This document shows positions 6,595 to 13,322 of a DNA stretch of 15,105 nt, piece by piece. The notes beneath the pieces are model-generated. The model was not told where the DNA came from. It ran no database searches and worked only from the letters and a program-made list of their open reading frames with translations. Numbering within the stretch: position 1 is the stretch's first letter; each line of letters begins with the position of its first letter. This DNA is from a virus, in the UHGV virus genome UHGV-0264650. One strand, 5' to 3'. A program made the translations under genes and the position numbers.

Positions 6595-7863
6595 TTAGAA
6601 ATAGGTGTTAAAGTCCGGGACTTCGCCTTTTTTACCTTCGTTTGCTGCGTTGGTAGCCATCGGCGCTGCTTTGCCCAGGGATTTAAACATTGCTTCTAAC
6701 GCTTCACCGCTTAATGCGTTAGCAACAATTTCGCCGTGTACTTTTGCTACTGCGGCGCGTTTTTCTGCTTCTTCTTTATTTGCGTTTGCTGCGATCTCTT
6801 CTTTAATCGCTTTCTGATTGGTCTGTAATTCTTCAACGCTTGCCTGTACTGGTTTTAATGCCTCTGCTACTGCATTAGCGATATTGGCGGATAAGCCTTC
6901 GTTAATTTCTTTTACCAGTTCGGCGCGTTCTTCTTTGGTCAAAGGCATGGGATCGTCCTCCGATTTATTGGCCTTAATTTTTTCATTCAGGGAGAAAAGA
7001 TTAGAAAGGTGTTCAGCGAACTGAGTAAACCAGGATTTACTTTCCTCGTTGGTTGTAAGCTCGCCATTATTGAGAATAATTTTATCAGCCTGTTTTTCGT
7101 AGTTGTATCTTTCCGCACAGTTTTCATTAGTGGCGATCGTCACCTCTCTATCAGTGAAGTCCACCACGTATACATAATCAGCGTCAGGGAACATTTCCCG
7201 CGCGGCAGCGGTTAACTGTTTTTCAAGTGTGCGATAGCTATTTTCTTTCATTGCCACCGCCATTAACGGCTTCGCCTGGTCGGTATTAACCATTAAGCCT
7301 ACGCCCTGTTCCGGCGAAGCGGCTGGCGGCTCATGCAGCAAGATAGCGTCATGGTCGATCGACATGATTTTCACTACATGGTCAGCACCCTGGGCTTTCA
7401 TTTCTTCGGTGGCTGGCATACGCTGGCGATATACAGCGACGGACGACCAGATAGGATCTTTGCTTTCTCCTTTCTCCAGTGCTTTCAGTCGGGCTAATAA
7501 TTCGCGGCCCTGGCTTGAATGGCTGGCGGTTTCCACATCCACCCATTTTTCCACATAAACACGGTTGCCGCGTAACTCAACGTTTCTGTTCCACGCACCA
7601 CAAAAACCCGTGTTTAATCCTTCCGGGCTAAATGCTGAAACAAATTTACCGTCAACGGTTGGATGGCCCAGCGGTGCAAGTGTACCCTCCAGCGACTGAT
7701 AATTAGCGATAATTTCAGCTTCCGGGTAATACTCGCGATTCATAACAATATTAAATGGCAACGTATATGACGGGACAACAATATGTTCGCGCCCGTTATA
7801 CGTTTCCCGGCGAATGGTATTAGCGGTTAATTTGGTATTAACCTGAATTAATTCTTTACTCAC
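6595..7863 (-). CDS. Head scaffolding protein (possibly fused to a prohead-core or protease-like N-domain)
   Basis: GTG at 7863 is preceded by GGGAG with an 8-nt spacer. The track's TTG at 7878 overlaps the upstream stop. The C-terminal ~130 aa are Ala/Glu/Lys-rich and helical (ELVKEINEGLSANIANAVAEALKPVQASVEELQTNQKAIKEEIAANANKEEAEKRAAVAK), typical of scaffolds. It lies between the Mu F-like gene and the capsid gene. Confidence 0.6.
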   Translation of the reverse strand: MSKELIQVNTKLTANTIRRETYNGREHIVVPSYTLPFNIVMNREYYPEAEIIANYQSLEGTLAPLGHPTVDGKFVSAFSPEGLNTGFCGAWNRNVELRGNRVYVEKWVDVETASHSSQGRELLARLKALEKGESKDPIWSSVAVYRQRMPATEEMKAQGADHVVKIMSIDHDAILLHEPPAASPEQGVGLMVNTDQAKPLMAVAMKENSYRTLEKQLTAAAREMFPDADYVYVVDFTDREVTIATNENCAERYNYEKQADKIILNNGELTTNEESKSWFTQFAEHLSNLFSLNEKIKANKSEDDPMPLTKEERAELVKEINEGLSANIANAVAEALKPVQASVEELQTNQKAIKEEIAANANKEEAEKRAAVAKVHGEIVANALSGEALEAMFKSLGKAAPMATNAANEGKKGEVPDFNTYF

Positions 7864-7868
7864 GATTT

Positions 7869-8813
7869 TTACTCCCAATCTTCGCCATATTTAGAGTGCG
7901 CAACCTTATAGTTTTCTTGCGCCCGATCTAATATTCGTTCGTTTAATATGTTACCGTCTTCGTCAACTAATACGGTAATCGTGCTACATTTGCAGTTAAT
8001 AGAATTTGGGGATCTGCTCCACCATTCGCGCTGCTCATCTATGGTGTATGTTTTCCCGTGCCGCTGCGCGTGCGATAGCCTGGTAGTCGGTGACAATGCC
8101 GAAATGTGCATTTGCATAGTGCGCAGATTAAATTCTTCTGTCGCCGCTTCTGCCTCATCCATACGCGCTGTGCGTAACGCTGTGCATATTTCAGTTCGAG
8201 CAATACGTTTGCATCTGTATAGCGGTAATTGCGTCTCCTGATTCAATGTGCGCGCTATTTCCAGTGGGTTTAAACCACGGGCCATACCTTCAGTTAATCG
8301 CCGGGCCATATCCTTTTTGATCTGTGCTGTCAGCCCGCGCATTTCCTCAAATACACGGGTACGGACCAGGGCAAGGCGCGTGCGGTAAGTCGTGCTGGAT
8401 AGCACGGCAGACACATCAGGATAGGCGCTTGAGTACGTGATAGACTGGTTAGCGAGGTTGGCATATTCCTGTGCCGTGCCGCGCTGATAAGCCACCTTCA
8501 CGTAATTCTGCCAAAACCAAAAACTTTCCGGGTCGGTTAGCTCGAATATCTCATCAATCATGTCGCTGGCGTCTTCCAGCAAGTCATGTAATTCGTCGAT
8601 GTAGATCTGGAAGGTGTATTTTTTATTAACAGCCAGGCTATATTGCATTCTGTCCAGTATGGCGATATATGGATCGGCAACTTTCTTCAGGCAGACTTTA
8701 AAACGCTTGATAGCACCAGACCTTAACTTCCCTGTCATGGTCGGGTCTTCGGTGTTAGATGGCATTATCGCGGCTGGAGGTATTCGCCTGATTATTTTCT
8801 TCACCTTCATCAT
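7869..8813 (-). CDS. Head morphogenesis protein, Mu F / SPP1 gp7 family
   Basis: It contains RCKRIARTEICTALRTARMDEAEA (the A-R-T-E core typical of Mu F-like minor head proteins) and lies directly after the portal gene. The start is uncertain. ATGs at 8819, 8813 and 8810 overlap the portal 3' end, and ATG 8738 lies 16 nt after the portal stop. Confidence 0.75.
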   Translation of the reverse strand: MMKVKKIIRRIPPAAIMPSNTEDPTMTGKLRSGAIKRFKVCLKKVADPYIAILDRMQYSLAVNKKYTFQIYIDELHDLLEDASDMIDEIFELTDPESFWFWQNYVKVAYQRGTAQEYANLANQSITYSSAYPDVSAVLSSTTYRTRLALVRTRVFEEMRGLTAQIKKDMARRLTEGMARGLNPLEIARTLNQETQLPLYRCKRIARTEICTALRTARMDEAEAATEEFNLRTMQMHISALSPTTRLSHAQRHGKTYTIDEQREWWSRSPNSINCKCSTITVLVDEDGNILNERILDRAQENYKVAHSKYGEDWE

Positions 8814-10125
8814 CGTCATCCTCTTCCGTTTCTACTTCACTGGCTGGGCCATCGTATCCGGCAGCCTCGCGGATCTCATCGCCGCTAAATATTTCTTCAC
8901 CAGTAGCCAAACAAGCCTGATTGATTTGCGCCATCTTGTCTGCGGCTTCCAGTAGCTCTGCTTTGGTCATGGCGTTAAGGTCGTCCCATAGCACTGATAC
9001 ATCTACTGGCATACTGATAAGGCGTAGATCTGCCATCTTGCGGAACAGATCTTCAATCTCGCCACCGATTTCCTCCCTGCGGGTCATGCAGCGGCTGTTG
9101 AAGTAACGCAGGTCTTCTGTTGATGCGCGTTCTCCCTGCTGGTTCCCAACCAAGATGCGGGTTGGAATATCAACACCAGCGGCGGCGGTTTGCAGGTTTA
9201 CGTCATAGGTTGATGACGGGTCAGATACGGCAGTAACCAGCGGGCTTACTGTCGCACCCTGTAACGCCATCATTACGTCATTACCCTTATTCATTTCAGC
9301 CGCAGCCTCATTGAATCTTTCGCGTAACTCTGTAACGTCGCAATCGTATGTTGCAGCCAGGGAGCGGAAGTCAATCTCTTTATCGAACGAAATGGCAAGC
9401 TGACGCGCTGCGTTTTTCAGGAATGATTCACCACTACCGCCTTCCACTTTTTCCAGTGATACGAATGCGTTGTAGGAAGGTTCAAGGAAAGCGATGACAT
9501 CATCAGAATAGTCGCCAAAGATAAATATGCGGTCAGGGTGGATCTTTCTGGCAATGGTCTTACTGTTAATGCGTTCTTTGTATTCCCACCACGTTGGCAG
9601 GCCATAGTTTTCATTATCCGGGTTTTCTTCGAAGTCCTTCGGTGTAAGAGCGCCAGCCCACACAGGGGTAAATTTTGCAATGCCTACGCCTTTTGTCACT
9701 GGCTGATCCCACGGCTTGTTATCTCTGATATGAATTAACAGACCAGAGTAACGACCAATGAGGCGGCGGCGATCACATTCAGCAACAGTGCGCCAAAATC
9801 TGTTGTTAAATTTCTTCTTGATTTCTCTTTCCCACGGCGTTTCCTTTTTCGCTTTCTCGTCTTCAGTTCCTTCAATCATCTTTGGCTTGGTGCGCCAGCA
9901 AGTCGTAACAATCTTTTCTACAGCACCGTGAGCGATGCCGCCGCGTCTGTACAGTTTGTATAGATCGTGATACGTGATCTCTTCTTTGAATCCGTATTCG
10001 CTCCACGCAGCATCACGTTTGGCATCTATCCCCATAGTGAACGGATGTGCCGCTGCATAGCGGGCAAAGGCCGCCTGGCGTTGTGACAAGGCAGCATTAA
10101 CCGCCAATTCTAAATTGGATGGCAT
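8755..10125 (-). CDS. Portal protein
   Basis: ATG at 10125 with GGAG 8 nt upstream. The track's ATG at 10146 has no SD. The product is ~456 aa, follows terL and has an acidic C-terminal tail (EVETEEDDDDEGEENN). Size and position fit a portal. Confidence 0.85.
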   Translation of the reverse strand: MPSNLELAVNAALSQRQAAFARYAAAHPFTMGIDAKRDAAWSEYGFKEEITYHDLYKLYRRGGIAHGAVEKIVTTCWRTKPKMIEGTEDEKAKKETPWEREIKKKFNNRFWRTVAECDRRRLIGRYSGLLIHIRDNKPWDQPVTKGVGIAKFTPVWAGALTPKDFEENPDNENYGLPTWWEYKERINSKTIARKIHPDRIFIFGDYSDDVIAFLEPSYNAFVSLEKVEGGSGESFLKNAARQLAISFDKEIDFRSLAATYDCDVTELRERFNEAAAEMNKGNDVMMALQGATVSPLVTAVSDPSSTYDVNLQTAAAGVDIPTRILVGNQQGERASTEDLRYFNSRCMTRREEIGGEIEDLFRKMADLRLISMPVDVSVLWDDLNAMTKAELLEAADKMAQINQACLATGEEIFSGDEIREAAGYDGPASEVETEEDDDDEGEENNQANTSSRDNAI

Positions 10126-10236
10126 AATGTTTACTCCTGAATACATGTTTACGCGTTGCTACGCGAAAAATAGAAAAACTTGTGGGGGATTGTGAGACAG
10201 ATTTTATGTAGCCAATTGAGAATTATTCTTGTTCAT

Positions 10237-10255
10237 CTTCGAAAATTTTTCGAAG
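10237..10255. repeat. Perfect 19-bp palindrome CTTCGAAAA-T-TTTTCGAAG in the terL-portal gap
   Basis: Read directly from the sequence: 10237-10245 is the reverse complement of 10247-10255. It lies in a 127-bp AT-rich non-coding gap. Its function is unknown. Confidence 0.9.
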
Positions 10256-10273
10256 TTGATAATAATCAATAAC

Positions 10274-11752
10274 TTAAAATCCGCGCAGGCGTTTAGGTAA
10301 CATAAGACCCATCGCCTGTGGTTGGCTTAATTCAGTGATCCCCCATACCATCGCATCCATACGGTCAGGGGATTTTTTAGCGGTAGCTGGCACATATTCC
10401 ATCATTTGATTTTCCAGCGTGTATAGCTCACCAGTGTGTGCCACCCTTCCTTGTGCATACAGTGCCGATATTGGTTCAGCGCGGGCGAATTTACCTTTAC
10501 TTGCGTGCACCTTAACAATGCGGCCTTTGAATCCGGCATTGCGTAGTGTGGCCTCTGCCATATCACCACCCTGGTTGGTTTCGATAACCATCGCGTCAGC
10601 TTCATGGATGTTGTAGGCGTTCATTGATGCCTGCGCCCAGTCGTTAGGTGACATACGGCCTGAATAGTCGCCATCAACAGAATACTGAGCATTCTTGCCA
10701 CCACCATAAGCGGAACATGCCATGATCCCCGTTTCGTCCGACTCATCAGATGATGTTGTCGCCGGGTCAATGGCTATCACAGTGCGGATTTTCTCCTGCG
10801 TTATCTGCATTCGGTGTGCTGCGGTTATCATTGCTTCAGTCCACAATGCGCCTTCTTCGTCGAATTTACGCGGGCGCTGCATGTACTGGGCTTCAAATGA
10901 CCGTCTGTGCGCCTTCAGTCCGGCTTCATGGGTGTCATTGTGTTTTTTAGGCCATAGCCAGCCGTCCGGCAGGTTGTGAGCGATAGGAATGGCGAACTCG
11001 TTTTCAGGGTACAGATCCCAATAATCCAGGCTGTTGTCGATCTTCACTGGCAGGTTAAGGTGATACCACTTTTCACCACTGCCGCCGCGTAACAGGTAGC
11101 CGGACAAATCATCGTAGTGGATGCGCTGCATGATGACGATAACAGGCGTTGTTTGCACTGCCAGACGCGATGCAAGCGTATCGTTATAGTTGGTGTTCAC
11201 CTGCTTTCTCACCACGTCAGAGTAAGCGTCAGCGGGTTTTAATGGGTCGTCGATGATTAACGCGCCATTAAATCCTGATTCCATGTACCCCGCACGGAAC
11301 CCGGTCACCTGACCAAGTGATGACGTTGCATACACGCCGCCGCCGTATTCGGTCCACCACATCGATTTTGAGTTGGCATCGTTGCGGATCTTCATGGGCC
11401 ACATTGCCTGATAGTCAGGCGTACAGATCATGTTTCTTACAGTCGAGGAGTTGAGTAGCGCCAGGTTGTTGGAATAGGAAACGTGAAGGAATCTTGTGCG
11501 GGGATTTATTGCGAGGGACCGCGCCATCATATTGATAGTCGCGATCATGGTTTTGCCGTACCCTGGGGGAATGTTAATGATGAGTCGGGTTATCTCACCA
11601 TTAATAACGCGTTGCAGTGCATCACGGATGGCTAAATGATGGCCTGAGATTAACATCTTCGTTCCGTTCGCTTGTTTATAGAAGTAGCGATTGAAAAACA
11701 GGCCATCGTTTTCACATTTGGACTGAATAACTCGTTCTTTGATTGTCAACAT
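10274..11752 (-). CDS. terL: Terminase large subunit
   Basis: ATG at 11752 is preceded by GAGGTG with a 5-nt spacer (alternative GTG at 11758). It has a Walker A-like PPGYGKTM and a Walker B-like ALIIDDPLKP, followed by a C-terminal nuclease-type region. At 492 aa it lies directly after terS. Confidence 0.93.
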   Translation of the reverse strand: MLTIKERVIQSKCENDGLFFNRYFYKQANGTKMLISGHHLAIRDALQRVINGEITRLIINIPPGYGKTMIATINMMARSLAINPRTRFLHVSYSNNLALLNSSTVRNMICTPDYQAMWPMKIRNDANSKSMWWTEYGGGVYATSSLGQVTGFRAGYMESGFNGALIIDDPLKPADAYSDVVRKQVNTNYNDTLASRLAVQTTPVIVIMQRIHYDDLSGYLLRGGSGEKWYHLNLPVKIDNSLDYWDLYPENEFAIPIAHNLPDGWLWPKKHNDTHEAGLKAHRRSFEAQYMQRPRKFDEEGALWTEAMITAAHRMQITQEKIRTVIAIDPATTSSDESDETGIMACSAYGGGKNAQYSVDGDYSGRMSPNDWAQASMNAYNIHEADAMVIETNQGGDMAEATLRNAGFKGRIVKVHASKGKFARAEPISALYAQGRVAHTGELYTLENQMMEYVPATAKKSPDRMDAMVWGITELSQPQAMGLMLPKRLRGF

Positions 11753-11754
11753 AA

Positions 11755-12240
11755 TCACACCTCATCTTCAACTTCCTGGACGATGCGGGCGATCTCTTCT
11801 TTCGTTACTTCAACCCGGACGGGTGCTTCCTCCCTGTTGCCGACGATCTCCTGTGTGACGCGTTCACCATATTTACGCGGTTGCAGTTTTGCCAGTAACC
11901 ACTTGCGCGTTTCAATCATCAGTTGATGGCGGCGGCATTCATCTTTATCAATGTTCTCCGCTGCATCGGCTATATCTATGATTTCATCAGCCAATACCTC
12001 AAACCCTATTTCCTTCGCGCGTATGTACATGTCCGAAAACTCCGGAACATCTCTGAACCATTTAAGGATTGTCGAACGCGTTGGCATACCTGGCATCTTC
12101 GAGATCTTATTAATACTCTTACCGTCCGCCACCAGCTCACAGATCTCTAATGCCTTTTCTTCGGTATAACCATGCGGACGGCCCACCCTTTTTGCGGCTG
12201 GCTTTTTATCGTCAGCCTTCGCCTTTTTCGTGCGGGCCAT
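11755..12240 (-). CDS. terS: Terminase small subunit (N-terminal helix-turn-helix)
   Basis: 161 aa with GAGG SD 6 nt upstream. It has a basic N-terminus followed by an HTH-like segment (EEKALEICELVADGKSINKISKMPGMPTRSTILKWF). Its stop abuts the terL start. Confidence 0.8.
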   Translation of the reverse strand: MARTKKAKADDKKPAAKRVGRPHGYTEEKALEICELVADGKSINKISKMPGMPTRSTILKWFRDVPEFSDMYIRAKEIGFEVLADEIIDIADAAENIDKDECRRHQLMIETRKWLLAKLQPRKYGERVTQEIVGNREEAPVRVEVTKEEIARIVQEVEDEV

Positions 12241-12250
12241 AATTCACCTC

Positions 12251-12496
12251 TTAATTATCTTTTTCAAATCTTAATTTAAATTCATTCATCATCTTTTCTA
12301 CTTCCTGTTCGGAAAGATAGATGGTTTCATTATTTTCTGCTGAATCAAGTGCCTTTCTTATTTCATCTGCTATTTTTAGCTCCTCATCGTTCACAACGTC
12401 ACCTTTTAATATTTGTTGATGATATATACGCAAGCCACAAAACTTGCGCAGTATGTTAATACTTCCAACCAGTCGAATAGCTCTTTCACTGTTCAC
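12251..12496 (-). CDS. Hypothetical protein with an acidic C-terminal half; start uncertain
   Basis: The frame is open from GTG 12496, which lies 3 nt after the last mini-ORF stop. The only in-frame ATGs are in the last 13 codons. An internal GTG preceded by AAAGGTGA with a 4-nt spacer would give a 46-aa product (VNDEELKIADEIRK...). I recognise no family. Confidence 0.45.
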   Translation of the reverse strand: MNSERAIRLVGSINILRKFCGLRIYHQQILKGDVVNDEELKIADEIRKALDSAENNETIYLSEQEVEKMMNEFKLRFEKDN

Positions 12497-12499
12497 CCT

Positions 12500-12571
12500 T
12501 CACATAATCGAAAGCGCCCATGTAATAAGGACGATAGCCAAAACCATATAGATAAAATCTGACTCTCTCAT
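12500..12571 (-). CDS. Mini-ORF 10: 23-aa single-helix hydrophobic peptide MRESDFIYMVLAIVLITWALSIM
   Basis: ATG at 12571, AAGGTGG SD with a 5-nt spacer, TGA at 12502-12500. Confidence 0.55.
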   Translation of the reverse strand: MRESDFIYMVLAIVLITWALSIM

Positions 12572-12585
12572 ATTGTCCACCTTAC

Positions 12586-12630
12586 TTACGCAAAGAAAAT
12601 GATAACAGTTAACAGCGAACTTATAGCCAT
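12586..12630 (-). CDS. Mini-ORF 9: 14-aa hydrophobic peptide MAISSLLTVIIFFA (weakest member)
   Basis: ATG at 12630 and TAA at 12588-12586. There is no recognisable SD and it is very short. I list it only because it fills the sole gap in the array and has the same character as the others. Confidence 0.2.
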   Translation of the reverse strand: MAISSLLTVIIFFA

Positions 12631-12646
12631 GATTAAGAAATCGCGG

Positions 12647-12721
12647 TCAGACATTGATAATAAACCCCACAATAACAACCGCTGCGATACATACGAATAA
12701 TACAGCTTCGATAGTTTCCAT
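12647..12721 (-). CDS. Mini-ORF 8: 24-aa single-helix peptide METIEAVLFVCIAAVVIVGFIINV
   Basis: ATG at 12721, AGGTGA SD with a 4-nt spacer, TGA at 12649-12647. Confidence 0.55.
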   Translation of the reverse strand: METIEAVLFVCIAAVVIVGFIINV

Positions 12722-12729
12722 ATATTCAC

Positions 12730-12798
12730 CTATTGAGTCAGCGCGGTCATGGTAAGAACAATCGCAACGATCAGGAAAAAGAAATCAAGCCATTTCAT
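12730..12798 (-). CDS. Mini-ORF 7: 22-aa single-helix peptide MKWLDFFFLIVAIVLTMTALTQ
   Basis: ATG at 12798 overlaps the stop of mini-ORF 6 as ATGA. GGGAG SD with an 8-nt spacer, TAG at 12732-12730. Confidence 0.55.
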   Translation of the reverse strand: MKWLDFFFLIVAIVLTMTALTQ

Positions 12799-12860
12799 TT
12801 TTTAAACTCCCGATAAACATCTACGGCAATGACTACAACTACAGCCACCAGCAATAGCAT
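12795..12860 (-). CDS. Mini-ORF 6: 21-aa single-helix peptide MLLLVAVVVVIAVDVYREFKK
   Basis: ATG at 12860 lies 1 nt after the TGA of mini-ORF 5 (TGAgATG). The SD is weak, so initiation is probably by coupling. TGA at 12797-12795. Confidence 0.45.
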   Translation of the reverse strand: MLLLVAVVVVIAVDVYREFKK

Positions 12861-12861
12861 C

Positions 12862-12969
12862 TCATATGCGTTCATTGACACTACCTATAACCAGACCAAT
12901 GATGATAATTACGGCTACTACGCCCAACATCATTCCGCACATAATAGCCAGTAGTTCGAATATATCCAT
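12862..12969 (-). CDS. Mini-ORF 5: 35-aa single-helix peptide MDIFELLAIMCGMMLGVVAVIIIIGLVIGSVNERI
   Basis: ATG at 12969, AGGTGA SD with a 4-nt spacer. This is the C-terminal half of the track's 70-aa TTG-start ORF 12862..13074, whose N-terminal half overlaps mini-ORFs 3 and 4 in other frames. Confidence 0.6.
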   Translation of the reverse strand: MDIFELLAIMCGMMLGVVAVIIIIGLVIGSVNERI

Positions 12970-12977
12970 GCAGTCAC

Positions 12978-13052
12978 CTATACAACATTTTTCCACCAGA
13001 AATAGATAATGACGGCGACCAACGACCACCAGATAGGACCGTAAATATTCAT
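12978..13052 (-). CDS. Mini-ORF 4: 24-aa single-helix peptide MNIYGPIWWSLVAVIIYFWWKNVV
   Basis: ATG at 13052, GAAGG SD with an 8-nt spacer, TAG at 12980-12978. Confidence 0.5.
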   Translation of the reverse strand: MNIYGPIWWSLVAVIIYFWWKNVV

Positions 13053-13063
13053 GGTGAATACCT

Positions 13064-13138
13064 TCAGCTTTCAATGAATATCATGATCGCCAGCCATACA
13101 GCGACGCATAAAGAAAGGATAACGAGCGGGTCAATCAT
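13064..13138 (-). CDS. Mini-ORF 3: 24-aa single-helix peptide MIDPLVILSLCVAVWLAIMIFIES
   Basis: ATG at 13138, GGAGGGG SD with a 4-nt spacer. It overlaps the end of mini-ORF 2 by 8 nt. TGA at 13066-13064. Confidence 0.55.
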   Translation of the reverse strand: MIDPLVILSLCVAVWLAIMIFIES

Positions 13139-13247
13139 CTCGCCCCTCCAACCAGTGCTTGATCTTTGCGTTTATTAGTGCAACTGCAATAAAACCCACC
13201 AGATATACAGAAATGCCGATCAATCCGGCAATGATATAATCATCCAT
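13131..13247 (-). CDS. Mini-ORF 2: 38-aa peptide MDDYIIAGLIGISVYLVGFIAVALINAKIKHWLEGRDD (one helix plus a charged tail)
   Basis: ATG at 13247, GGTGA SD with an 8-nt spacer, TGA at 13133-13131. Confidence 0.55.
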   Translation of the reverse strand: MDDYIIAGLIGISVYLVGFIAVALINAKIKHWLEGRDD

Positions 13248-13251
13248 AACA

Positions 13252-13320
13252 TTATTCACCGACCAGTAATATTACAGCGGCAGCCATTCCGATAAATAAA
13301 CCTGACAGAAAAGTAAGCAT
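13252..13320 (-). CDS. Mini-ORF 1: 22-aa single-helix peptide MLTFLSGLFIGMAAAVILLVGE
   Basis: ATG at 13320 lies 2 nt after the TGA of the 185-aa gene (GGGGGTGAttATG), so the SD is GGGGG with a 5-nt spacer. TAA at 13254-13252. Confidence 0.55.
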   Translation of the reverse strand: MLTFLSGLFIGMAAAVILLVGE

Positions 13321-13322
13321 AA

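Noticed and set aside
10181-10200. TGTGA-containing stretch (TTGTGAGACAGATTTTA) as a CRP-like site
   Set aside because: Only one half-site is present and there is no TCACA partner at the required spacing.
12862-13074. The track's 70-aa ORF taken as one gene
   Set aside because: It needs a TTG start buried inside mini-ORF 3. Its first 35 codons overlap mini-ORFs 3 and 4, which have ATG plus SD and hydrophobic products. Only its second half, from ATG 12969 with an AGGTGA SD, looks genuine.
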